From Bacteroidia bacterium (lineage in GTDB: Bacteria > Bacteroidota > Bacteroidia > NS11-12g > UBA955), in NCBI GenBank assembly GCA_041391605.1, contig JAWKNQ010000008.1:10732-74731 (forward strand): a stretch of 64,000 nt of DNA, written 5' to 3'. Positions 52,433-60,067 of this stretch are shown one piece after another. Each line of letters begins with the position of its first letter. The stretch's first letter is position 1. Below the pieces are notes generated by a model, which saw only the letters and a program-made list of their open reading frames with translations, searched no databases and was not told where the DNA came from. A program made the position numbers and the translations under genes.

Positions 52433-52912
52433 ATGCAAGATTCATTTAACACTAATTTGAAAGAATACTTTCTTGAGATGAAAAAATTAGTTCAAGATAA
52501 AAGTGACTTAAAAACTTTAACAGAGTTGTTAAGTAATAATTCATTCACAGAAACGAAACCATATTTAACAAGACGAAAATTGAATGCGGAAGACAAAAGG
52601 TTTAAATACATTGAACTAGTTTATGAATCTCCTGAACAAGTTGGGAAAATTTTCTGGCACTTAGACATCAATCTTTCAAGATTAATTGAATATTTTGGAA
52701 ACCCAAGATTTCATTTTACTCCACACGGAAACTCAACAAGCATAGGCTTCTTTGATGTTGAAAATCAATTTACTGGGTTTGAAACTCGTTACCCAGGAGA
52801 AGTAAATGTCAAAGGCAGTAAATATGAGGTTATCCACGAAAAGGGCTTAACAGAACTAAAAGATGAATTAAATATATCATTTGTCTCTTATTATATTGGA
52901 AGCGGACTTTAA
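52433..52912 (+). CDS. hypothetical cytoplasmic protein
   Basis: 159-aa ORF with no signal peptide and no recognisable family. Confidence 0.5.
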   Translation: MQDSFNTNLKEYFLEMKKLVQDKSDLKTLTELLSNNSFTETKPYLTRRKLNAEDKRFKYIELVYESPEQVGKIFWHLDINLSRLIEYFGNPRFHFTPHGNSTSIGFFDVENQFTGFETRYPGEVNVKGSKYEVIHEKGLTELKDELNISFVSYYIGSGL

Positions 52913-52927
52913 AATTACCAATGTAGA

Positions 52928-52964
52928 TTGGAGTGCAGAAATGGAAACAGCAAATTGCAGAAGG
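52928..52964 (+). promoter_or_regulatory. conserved island motif, instance E
   Basis: TTGGAGTGCAGAAATGGAAACAGCAAATTGCAGAAGG is followed at 53002-53008 by GTTAGAA, which lies 10 nt before the ATG at 53018. Confidence 0.55.
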
Positions 52965-53017
52965 TGCTGGTAATTGAGCAAAGTCAAGTACTTATAAACA
53001 AGTTAGAATATTTAAAA

Positions 53018-53701
53018 ATGACAATAAAACAAACTTTATATTGGATCTTGATTCTTTTTTCAATAAGTAGTTGTGAAAGAAATCAAATTTCTAACGAGAA
53101 GATCCTATCTGATATATTTCCTCAATTAATTGACAGTTTATATATAAAGTGGAACCCTATACCACCTCCACCTCATAGATCTATTTACGACAAGGATTCA
53201 AATATAATTGGTATAGATTCAATGCAATTGAAATTTGACCTTGCAGCATATCAAAAATTTTTAAACAGATTTGACTCATTAGATTCAAGAACAATGATTG
53301 GTATAAAAGATTCTTGTTTTCTTATTGATTGGAATGATTTGAAATCCAGAAATTATAGTGAAGATATTCAAATAAAGAGAATTTTAGAACTAAGCAACAG
53401 TAAATCAAAAGAATCAAATAAGTTAAATCTGAATCAGATAGATATTCCAAATGATTTTAAGTTAATTTCAGAATCAGAAATCACAAAGAATTATCCATGG
53501 ATTTGGAAAAATTCGAAATACTATAAGATTGCTGGAAAACTAGAAACATCAAAAATATATCTCACAACAAACAAGAAATTCGGAATTTTGCAAGTGAATT
53601 ACAGATGTGAGTACTGGTGTGGATATGGGTATTATATTTTAATTGAAAAGACAAATGAAAAATGGTATGTGAAAAGAATATTGCCCATGTGGGTTTCTTA
53701 A
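53018..53701 (+). CDS. hypothetical lipoprotein
   Basis: The track ORF starts at 52928 inside the motif. The internal ATG at 53018 gives MTIKQTLYWILILFSISSCERN, a signal peptide with a lipobox. Confidence 0.55.
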   Translation: MTIKQTLYWILILFSISSCERNQISNEKILSDIFPQLIDSLYIKWNPIPPPPHRSIYDKDSNIIGIDSMQLKFDLAAYQKFLNRFDSLDSRTMIGIKDSCFLIDWNDLKSRNYSEDIQIKRILELSNSKSKESNKLNLNQIDIPNDFKLISESEITKNYPWIWKNSKYYKIAGKLETSKIYLTTNKKFGILQVNYRCEYWCGYGYYILIEKTNEKWYVKRILPMWVS

Positions 53702-53758
53702 ATAACACGTTTACCAATTCTTAATGAAAAATAATCTAAAAAATTTATTGCGTAGTCG

Positions 53759-53795
53759 AGTAACTACACTTACATTTGTAGCCAAGTAACTACAC
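53759..53795 (+). promoter_or_regulatory. putative ArsR-type operator (direct repeat)
   Basis: AGTAACTACAC occurs twice (53759-53769 and 53785-53795, 26-bp spacing), with TGTAG in between. The second copy abuts the arsR-like start codon. Confidence 0.35.
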
Positions 53796-53796
53796 A

Positions 53797-54129
53797 ATGA
53801 ATTTAAGAAGAGATGTATTTCAAGCCATAGCAGATCCAACACGACGAGCAATTCTCCTTTTGCTTACTTCTCAATCGATGACCGCTGGGGCAATCGCTTC
53901 CAACTTCGACACCGCAAGACCTACAGTTTCAAAACATCTTCAAATATTAACTGAATGTGAACTTCTTAAACAAGAACAACAAGGCAGAGAGGTATATTAT
54001 CACTTCAACCCAAAGCGAATGAAAGAAATTGCAGATTTCTTAGAACCCTTCCGACAACATTGGGATAGTAAATTCAATAAACTTGAATCTGTCATGAAAA
54101 AACATAAACACAAATCGAATGGAAAATAA
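53797..54129 (+). CDS. ArsR/SmtB family transcriptional regulator
   Basis: [16 protein letters not shown]...[24 protein letters not shown] winged helix-turn-helix. Confidence 0.88.
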   Translation: MNLRRDVFQAIADPTRRAILLLLTSQSMTAGAIASNFDTARPTVSKHLQILTECELLKQEQQGREVYYHFNPKRMKEIADFLEPFRQHWDSKFNKLESVMKKHKHKSNGK

Positions 54130-54583
54130 AACACATATTAATGCCGAAGAAGGCAGACAAGATCTACTCATCACTCGTGAATTTGACCTGCCTCTTGAAT
54201 TGTTATTTAAAGCTTACTCTGAAGCTGAATTTATAGAAGAATGGATGGGCACAAAAGTTGTAAAACTTGAAAACAAAATTCATGGAAGCTATCAATTCGA
54301 AACTTCACACAACGGTAAGTTAGTCTTTAAGGCACATGGAACTATTCACAATTTTGTTTCCAATCATTGCATAACTCGAACCTTTGAAATGGAAAACATG
54401 CCTATAGGTGTTCAACTTGAATTCTTGGAATTTGAAGCACTTACAGCAAACACAAGTAAACTAGGAATTCATATTATTTATAAGTCGGAGAAACATCGAG
54501 CCGAACAACTCAAACTCCCATTTGCATACGGACTTAATATGGCACACAACAAACTTCAAGAACTTTCAATTAATTTAAAATAA
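54119..54583 (+). CDS. SRPBCC (AHSA1/START-like) domain protein
   Basis: 154-aa ORF overlapping the arsR-like gene by 11 nt, with a typical L.ITREFD.P.ELLF.A....E....W start. Confidence 0.75.
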   Translation: MENKTHINAEEGRQDLLITREFDLPLELLFKAYSEAEFIEEWMGTKVVKLENKIHGSYQFETSHNGKLVFKAHGTIHNFVSNHCITRTFEMENMPIGVQLEFLEFEALTANTSKLGIHIIYKSEKHRAEQLKLPFAYGLNMAHNKLQELSINLK

Positions 54584-54584
54584 G

Positions 54585-54962
54585 ATGACAAAAAGAAATA
54601 AAATTATTTACTGGATCTCCACTGCCCTACTTTCCTTTGGAATGTTAGGAAGTGGTATTTCACAAATTCTTCATCTTGAAGAAATGAAGGAATTAATTGC
54701 TCACGTAGGTTACCCGATGTATTTTATGTACATCATTGGTATATGGAAAATACTTGGAGTAATTGCGATTCTCATACCAAAATATCCCCTTTTAAAAGAA
54801 TGGGCTTATGCTGGGTTCTTTTTTGTGATGTCTGGAGCTTTAATCTCTCATTTATTTATGGGCGACAGCGGTAGTGCTGTTTTTGGACCCTTGTTTCAAA
54901 CTATTTTTGTAGTGTTATCTTGGTATTTTAGACCCGAAGACCGAAAATTAAAGCTAAAATAA
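54585..54962 (+). CDS. DoxX-like membrane protein
   Basis: 125-aa ORF with 4 TM helices and KEWAYAGFFF. Confidence 0.7.
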   Translation: MTKRNKIIYWISTALLSFGMLGSGISQILHLEEMKELIAHVGYPMYFMYIIGIWKILGVIAILIPKYPLLKEWAYAGFFFVMSGALISHLFMGDSGSAVFGPLFQTIFVVLSWYFRPEDRKLKLK

Positions 54963-54972
54963 TCACGGCAAT

Positions 54973-55551
54973 ATGAACCCTGAACTTGATTGGTTTTTTA
55001 ACAAAACTTCTAAATGGCAAGAAGCTTATTCAGAATTGAGAGCACTTGTGCTTTCCTGCAAACTAAGTGAGGAACTCAAATGGGGCTGTCCATGTTACAC
55101 CAACAACTCCAATAATATTGTTTTGATTCATGGCTTCAAAGACTATTGTGCTTTACTGTTTATGCAAGGCACATTATTGAAAGACCCTAAAAAGATATTA
55201 ATTCAGCAAACACGTAATGTGCAAGCGGCTAGGCAAATTCGATTTAAAAACTTGGAAGAAATCATAAAGCATAAGTCGACCATAAAACTGTATATAAAAG
55301 AAGCTATTGCAATAGACAATGCTGGCTTAAAAGTAATCTATAAGCCAACCAAAGAATACGAGATTCCTGAAGAGTTCAAAACGGTTTTAGATGAAATGCC
55401 AGAACTAAAAAAGGCCTTTCAAGCTCTTACACCCGGACGACAGCGAGGGTATTTGCTTTATTTCTCATCAGCCAAACAAGCCAAGACCAGAGAATCAAGA
55501 ATTGAAAAACACTTGCAACATATACTGGATGGGAAAGGATTAGATGACTGA
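54973..55551 (+). CDS. YdeI/OmpD-associated (DUF1801) family protein
   Basis: LKWGCPCYT and a C-terminal LTPGRQRGYLLYFSSAKQAKTRESRIEK. Confidence 0.75.
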   Translation: MNPELDWFFNKTSKWQEAYSELRALVLSCKLSEELKWGCPCYTNNSNNIVLIHGFKDYCALLFMQGTLLKDPKKILIQQTRNVQAARQIRFKNLEEIIKHKSTIKLYIKEAIAIDNAGLKVIYKPTKEYEIPEEFKTVLDEMPELKKAFQALTPGRQRGYLLYFSSAKQAKTRESRIEKHLQHILDGKGLDD

Positions 55552-56106
55552 TTAAACCATTTTAAATAATTGGTAAATAAAGCCATAAAGAAAAATAGAA
55601 ATTATCATTTATTAAATTATCTTTACATTAAAGAATTGAACTCCATAAATAGTAATTAAATGATTATCCTCGAAATAGTAATAGAGACATTGTTTTCAGA
55701 TATCATATGGGGTTCCATTAAACGAATTGGTTCTGGAGTGCGGTGGTTGATTCTTAATCGAAAGTACTCCTACAAGGAAATTTATAAACAAGAATGGAAC
55801 GGAAGAGTGGGAGTTTTAACTATTTGCATAATTGCTGCCGGTTTTTTGTTTTTCAACTTTTAAATCGAATCAGATCAAAACACCATTAATAACAATAAAA
55901 CCAATTCTCAACAGATCAGCCACCACAATTCATCACAAGAACTTATAAAAAAAGTTTACCAATGCTATTCTGAAAACATCTTAGTACATGAAACCGTTGA
56001 ATCTTCTAAAGTAAAATTTAACACAAGTAGTAAAGTCGAACTAAAGATACAGAATTCTCAATAACAAGCACAAAAGCTCATAGCAATTTCTTATGTAAAT
56101 AGTTGA

Positions 56107-56144
56107 TTTGGAGAAAAGAGAATAATGCAAGATATTGCAAAAAG
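56107..56144 (+). promoter_or_regulatory. conserved island motif, instance F (diverged)
   Basis: TTTGGAGAAAAGAGAATAATGCAAGATATTGCAAAAAG ends 15 nt upstream of the ATG at 56160. Confidence 0.45.
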
Positions 56145-56159
56145 AAAAAATTACTCCTT

Positions 56160-56855
56160 ATGAATATTGAACACTTAACACAGGATCAGATAAAACTTGA
56201 GCAAGCCAGTTTTATGACTAAAGTGTATGGCTGGATGTCTTTCGCTTTGTTAGTTACAGGCCTTGTTGCTTACTGGGTTTCTGTTACGCCTGAATTAATC
56301 ACTTTGATATTTAGCAATCGCCTTGTTTTTTACGGTTTACTTATTGGTGAAATTCTTTGTGTTGGGTATTTAGTAACCGTAATTCAAAAAATATCCGCTC
56401 GAACTGCAACTCTCATATTTATTGGATATTCTATACTTAACGGATTAACATTAGCTGTAATCTTTTTAGCTTTCACAAGTGCATCTATAACTACAACTTT
56501 TTTAATCACTGCAGGCACCTTTGGCATCATGAGCATTTATGGATATTACACCAAGCAAGATTTAACCACTATAGGCAATCTAGCGTTTATGGCATTAATT
56601 GGTCTTATCATTGCTTCTGTTGTCAATATGTTTTTTCAAAACGAAATGCTGTATTGGATTACCACCTATGTGGGCATATTAATATTCGTAGCACTAGTTG
56701 CCTATGATACTCAAAAAATAAAAGAGATGAACATCATTGGCAATGAAGGAACTGAAGAAGACAGAAAAGAGGCTATTCTAGGTGCATTGAGTCTATATCT
56801 CGACTTTATTAATTTGTTTTTACTGCTCTTGAGATTATTTGGAAATAGAAAATAA
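56160..56855 (+). CDS. Bax inhibitor-1/YccA family membrane protein
   Basis: The internal ATG at 56160 (MNIEHLTQDQ...FMTKVYGWMSFALLVTG) is preferred. The protein has 7 TM helices and a C-terminal LYLDFINLFLLLLRL. Confidence 0.82.
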   Translation: MNIEHLTQDQIKLEQASFMTKVYGWMSFALLVTGLVAYWVSVTPELITLIFSNRLVFYGLLIGEILCVGYLVTVIQKISARTATLIFIGYSILNGLTLAVIFLAFTSASITTTFLITAGTFGIMSIYGYYTKQDLTTIGNLAFMALIGLIIASVVNMFFQNEMLYWITTYVGILIFVALVAYDTQKIKEMNIIGNEGTEEDRKEAILGALSLYLDFINLFLLLLRLFGNRK

Positions 56856-56867
56856 GTGTTCTTTAAA

Positions 56868-56905
56868 TTTGGAGAACGAAACTAGAATTTGCAAATTGCG
56901 TGAGG
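56868..56905 (+). promoter_or_regulatory. conserved island motif, instance G
   Basis: TTTGGAGAACGAAACTAGAATTTGCAAATTGCGTGAGG ends 21 nt upstream of the ATG at 56927. Confidence 0.65.
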
Positions 56906-56926
56906 ATATTGATCAACAGCTCAACC

Positions 56927-57645
56927 ATGCATAAATTCTCTTTATTTATACTTTTGCTTTTTGTCCCCATTTTGCTTTTTGCACAAGACTTTCAAAAACT
57001 TCGCATTCAGCATTTGAACGATAATTTTTATGTGTACACCACTTATAAAGATTTAAATGGATTTATGTTTCCGTCAAATAGTATGTATCTTGTTACTGAT
57101 TCAGGTGTAGTTCTTTTTGACACACCTTGGGACAGCACACAATTTCAGCCTTTACTTGACAGTATTCAAGCTAGACACAATAAAAAAGTTGTACTTGCGA
57201 TCTCAACACATTACCACGACGACCGAACTGCAGGACTAGAATTTTTGAAACAAAATGGCGTCAAAACTTACAGCTCTAAACTCACTTACAGCTTGTGTAT
57301 GGAACACCATGAAAAACAAGCCCAATTCTATTTTAATACGGATACTGTATTCACTATCGGAAACTATAAACTTGAAACCTATTATCCTGGGGAAGGACAT
57401 ACAAAGACAACATTGTTATTTGGTGCAGGCAAACAAAGTCCTATACAGAGGATGTTTTTAATAAAAAGCACGGAAAATAAAAACCTCAGGAGCCAGCTGA
57501 TGCAAATATGAGCGAATGGCCTTCAACAATTAAGAATGTTATGAAGAAATACCGCAAACCCAACTTTGTTATCCCAGGACATTTTGGATGGACCAGCAAG
57601 AAAGCACTGAAGCACACCTTGAAACTCTTGCGACAGAGAAAATAA
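56927..57645 (+). pseudogene. subclass B1 metallo-beta-lactamase, multiply frameshifted as assembled
   Basis: It has a signal peptide, HYHDDRTAG (the HxHxD zinc motif) and YYPGEGHTK. Within about 57400-57510 the conserved continuation is spread over three frames (DNIVIW / QANKVLYRGCF / LIKSTENKNL / ADANMSEWPSTIKNVMKKYRKPNFVIPGHFGW...LLRQRK*), which implies about 4 indels. Confidence 0.8.
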
Positions 57646-57673
57646 AACACTTCCAATTTAGCTCAATTAAAAC

Positions 57674-58447
57674 ATGAAGAGAATACATGCTTTTGAATTT
57701 GAAGACTTAAAATGGTTTCCTACATTTTTAAGAAATTATGGAACAGACTTTTTACAGTTTTTATCAAACAAAACAAAAATGTATAAGCCAATAATACCGA
57801 TACTAAAAAAAGGTTTAGAAAAAAGTGGCAGCAAACAAATTATTGATATTGGGTCGGGTGGCGGCGGTGGACTAATATGGTTAAATTCCGAGTTGAAAAA
57901 GGAGATTCCTGATTTGAAAATCATTTTAACAGACTTTTACCCAAACATTTCTGCTTTTAATTTCACTAAAAAGCAAGCAGACAATATCGAATTTATTGAG
58001 AAACCGATAGATGCCAGAAATGTGCCTTCAGATTTGCTTGGATTAAGAACTCAATTCTTAGCTCTACATCATTTTAGGCCAAAAGATGCTGAGCAAATTC
58101 TTCAAAATACTATTAATTCCAATAGTTCAATTGCGATTTTTGAAGCACAAGAAAGAAGTGTATCAAGTATCTTAGCAATGTTATTTTCTCCAATTACAGT
58201 TTTATTGATAACCCCTTTTATAAGACCATTCAAAATTTTTCGAATTGTATTTACATACTTAATTCCAATTGTGCCAATATTTGTCTTATGGGATGGTGTT
58301 GTTTCATCATTAAGGACATATTCTATTAAAGAAATGAATGAACTTGTTTCAAAGTTAGACGGAAAAGAGCTTTATGACTGGGAAATTAACAAAATAAAAT
58401 CTGGACCAAGTGTAATTTTATATTTACTTGGAACTAAAAAGCAATAA
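57674..58447 (+). CDS. SAM-dependent methyltransferase-like protein with C-terminal membrane hairpin (paralog of 3663..4376)
   Basis: 257-aa ORF with IIDIGSGGGGG. Blocks shared with the 3663 ORF are WFP..LRN, (F/L)HHF, ITPF, VFTY(I/L)(L/I)PI and DG(I/V)VS. Confidence 0.65.
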   Translation: MKRIHAFEFEDLKWFPTFLRNYGTDFLQFLSNKTKMYKPIIPILKKGLEKSGSKQIIDIGSGGGGGLIWLNSELKKEIPDLKIILTDFYPNISAFNFTKKQADNIEFIEKPIDARNVPSDLLGLRTQFLALHHFRPKDAEQILQNTINSNSSIAIFEAQERSVSSILAMLFSPITVLLITPFIRPFKIFRIVFTYLIPIVPIFVLWDGVVSSLRTYSIKEMNELVSKLDGKELYDWEINKIKSGPSVILYLLGTKKQ

Positions 58448-58697
58448 AATTACATTTACACGAAGCAATATTTTTATTCAATGTAGCAATTAAACATATC
58501 GCAAGGTGTTTTATCGTTGAACATGGAAGTGCCATAAAACTAAAGAAAATGTAAGGTGAATTATTATGACTCTTCTAATGGAAAGTAAACACAAATACAT
58601 TAAGCAAAAATAGAAATGAGACTTTCAAGGATGTTGGGGAGTTTGTTCACTATAAAAACTCCTAAACGGGTAAGCCTTAAAGACAAAATGACAATCT

Positions 58698-59216
58698 ATG
58701 ACACTAGAACAAATATTTGAAGACAAAACAATAAAAGCAAAATCCAAAGTTTCACAAATTGGGAACTGGCTTCTCGAAGGCACACTCCCTATCGACGAAC
58801 TTTTGGCGTTTTGCGAGAATCAGACAAAACCTATCAAAGCCACATGCATTGAAGCCATAGAATATGCAACAAAGAGGGAGGCTAAAATTGCAGATGAAAC
58901 AGTATTAACTTTTGTCACTGAAGCTCTTAAAGAAGATGAAGCTCGGATAAAATGGGAAAGTGCAAAAGTAATCGGCAACACAGCAAGTTTGTTTCCCAAT
59001 GAACTTACAAATGCAGTTGACGGTTTATTGATAAATGCAAAATCCGATGGAACTGTTGTCAGGTGGGCTAGTGCTTTTGCATTAGGAGAAATATTAAAAC
59101 TAAAGCTAGCATACAATTCAAAACTAATCCCCCAAATTGAGAAATTATGTGCGTCTGAAAAGGATAATGGCGTAAAGAATAAATATCTAGGAGCGCTGAA
59201 GAAAATAAAAAAATAA
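58698..59216 (+). CDS. HEAT/ARM-like repeat protein
   Basis: 172-aa all-helical ORF with (V/I)RW(E/A)SA repeats (ARIKWESAKVIGN, VVRWASAFALGEI). Confidence 0.5.
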   Translation: MTLEQIFEDKTIKAKSKVSQIGNWLLEGTLPIDELLAFCENQTKPIKATCIEAIEYATKREAKIADETVLTFVTEALKEDEARIKWESAKVIGNTASLFPNELTNAVDGLLINAKSDGTVVRWASAFALGEILKLKLAYNSKLIPQIEKLCASEKDNGVKNKYLGALKKIKK

Positions 59217-59317
59217 AGATTAAAATTAGGAGAGTTTTAAAATATGAATAATATTCCTCACATTGCTGCAAAACACTTTCCATTTTATTTATCATTAATA
59301 TGTTTTAACTTTGCATT

Positions 59318-59665
59318 GTGAGAGTTTTTTCAATCGTCTTAGCACTTATAGCATTTTGTCTATCCTTGGCACCTTGCTGTACACCTATTGCGAAAGGTAT
59401 AACCCAAACTTGTACTCAAGCACAAGACGATTCAGATTGCTGCAGTAAGAAAAACAAAACAGAAGGTGAATCTTCTGAAGACAACTCTTGTGGAGTCTGC
59501 TCCCCTTTCTATACTTGTGGCACCTGTACGGGGATTACTCTTCAAAACTCAAGCTTTTCATTATCCTCTGTCTCTTTTTTAGAAGAAAAATTGTACCTCG
59601 ATTACAATCTCTTTTTTGATTCTGAATATTTTAATAAAACGTGGCAACCTCCTAAAATAGTTTAG
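59318..59665 (+). CDS. small Cys-rich secreted protein (possibly DUF6660-like)
   Basis: 115-aa ORF with a GTG start and a signal/anchor sequence ending LAPCC. It has 12 Cys residues including CC, CC and C..C......C..C. It heads the HMA/TonB-receptor cluster. Confidence 0.5.
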   Translation: MRVFSIVLALIAFCLSLAPCCTPIAKGITQTCTQAQDDSDCCSKKNKTEGESSEDNSCGVCSPFYTCGTCTGITLQNSSFSLSSVSFLEEKLYLDYNLFFDSEYFNKTWQPPKIV

Positions 59666-59713
59666 TTTTACACTCGACTAATTTACTTTCCACTTAAAAT
59701 AAAACAGAATAAA

Positions 59714-60058
59714 ATGAATAATTTAATAATTAAAGCAAGTTCATTGCTTATACTTTTTTGCAGTATTGTCGCTGCAAACAACGCTCAGGCAGAAACGAAA
59801 GACAAATCAAAACCAAAAACTAGTACCGTTGTATTCTCAGTCACCGAAATGGGTTGTGGCACCGATAGAAAAATGGTTGAAACCGCACTTTACAGAAAAA
59901 AAGGGGTTAAAACCGTTAAGATTGAAGGAGAAACAATTACAGTAACCTATGTCACTTCCAAAGTGAAACCGGAAGACTTAAAGGAAGTGATTGAAAACAC
60001 TGGAACTTGCGAAGACCCCAATGCCAAAGTTCATAAAGTGAAGATTAAAACCGATTAA
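59714..60058 (+). CDS. heavy-metal-associated (HMA) domain protein, secreted, non-canonical metal site
   Basis: It has a signal peptide and a ferredoxin-like HMA pattern (VVFSVTEMGCGTDRKMVETAL.K..GV..V.I). The usual M.C..C is MGCGTD, so the second Cys is missing. Confidence 0.65.
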   Translation: MNNLIIKASSLLILFCSIVAANNAQAETKDKSKPKTSTVVFSVTEMGCGTDRKMVETALYRKKGVKTVKIEGETITVTYVTSKVKPEDLKEVIENTGTCEDPNAKVHKVKIKTD

Positions 60059-60067
60059 TCCATTCTG

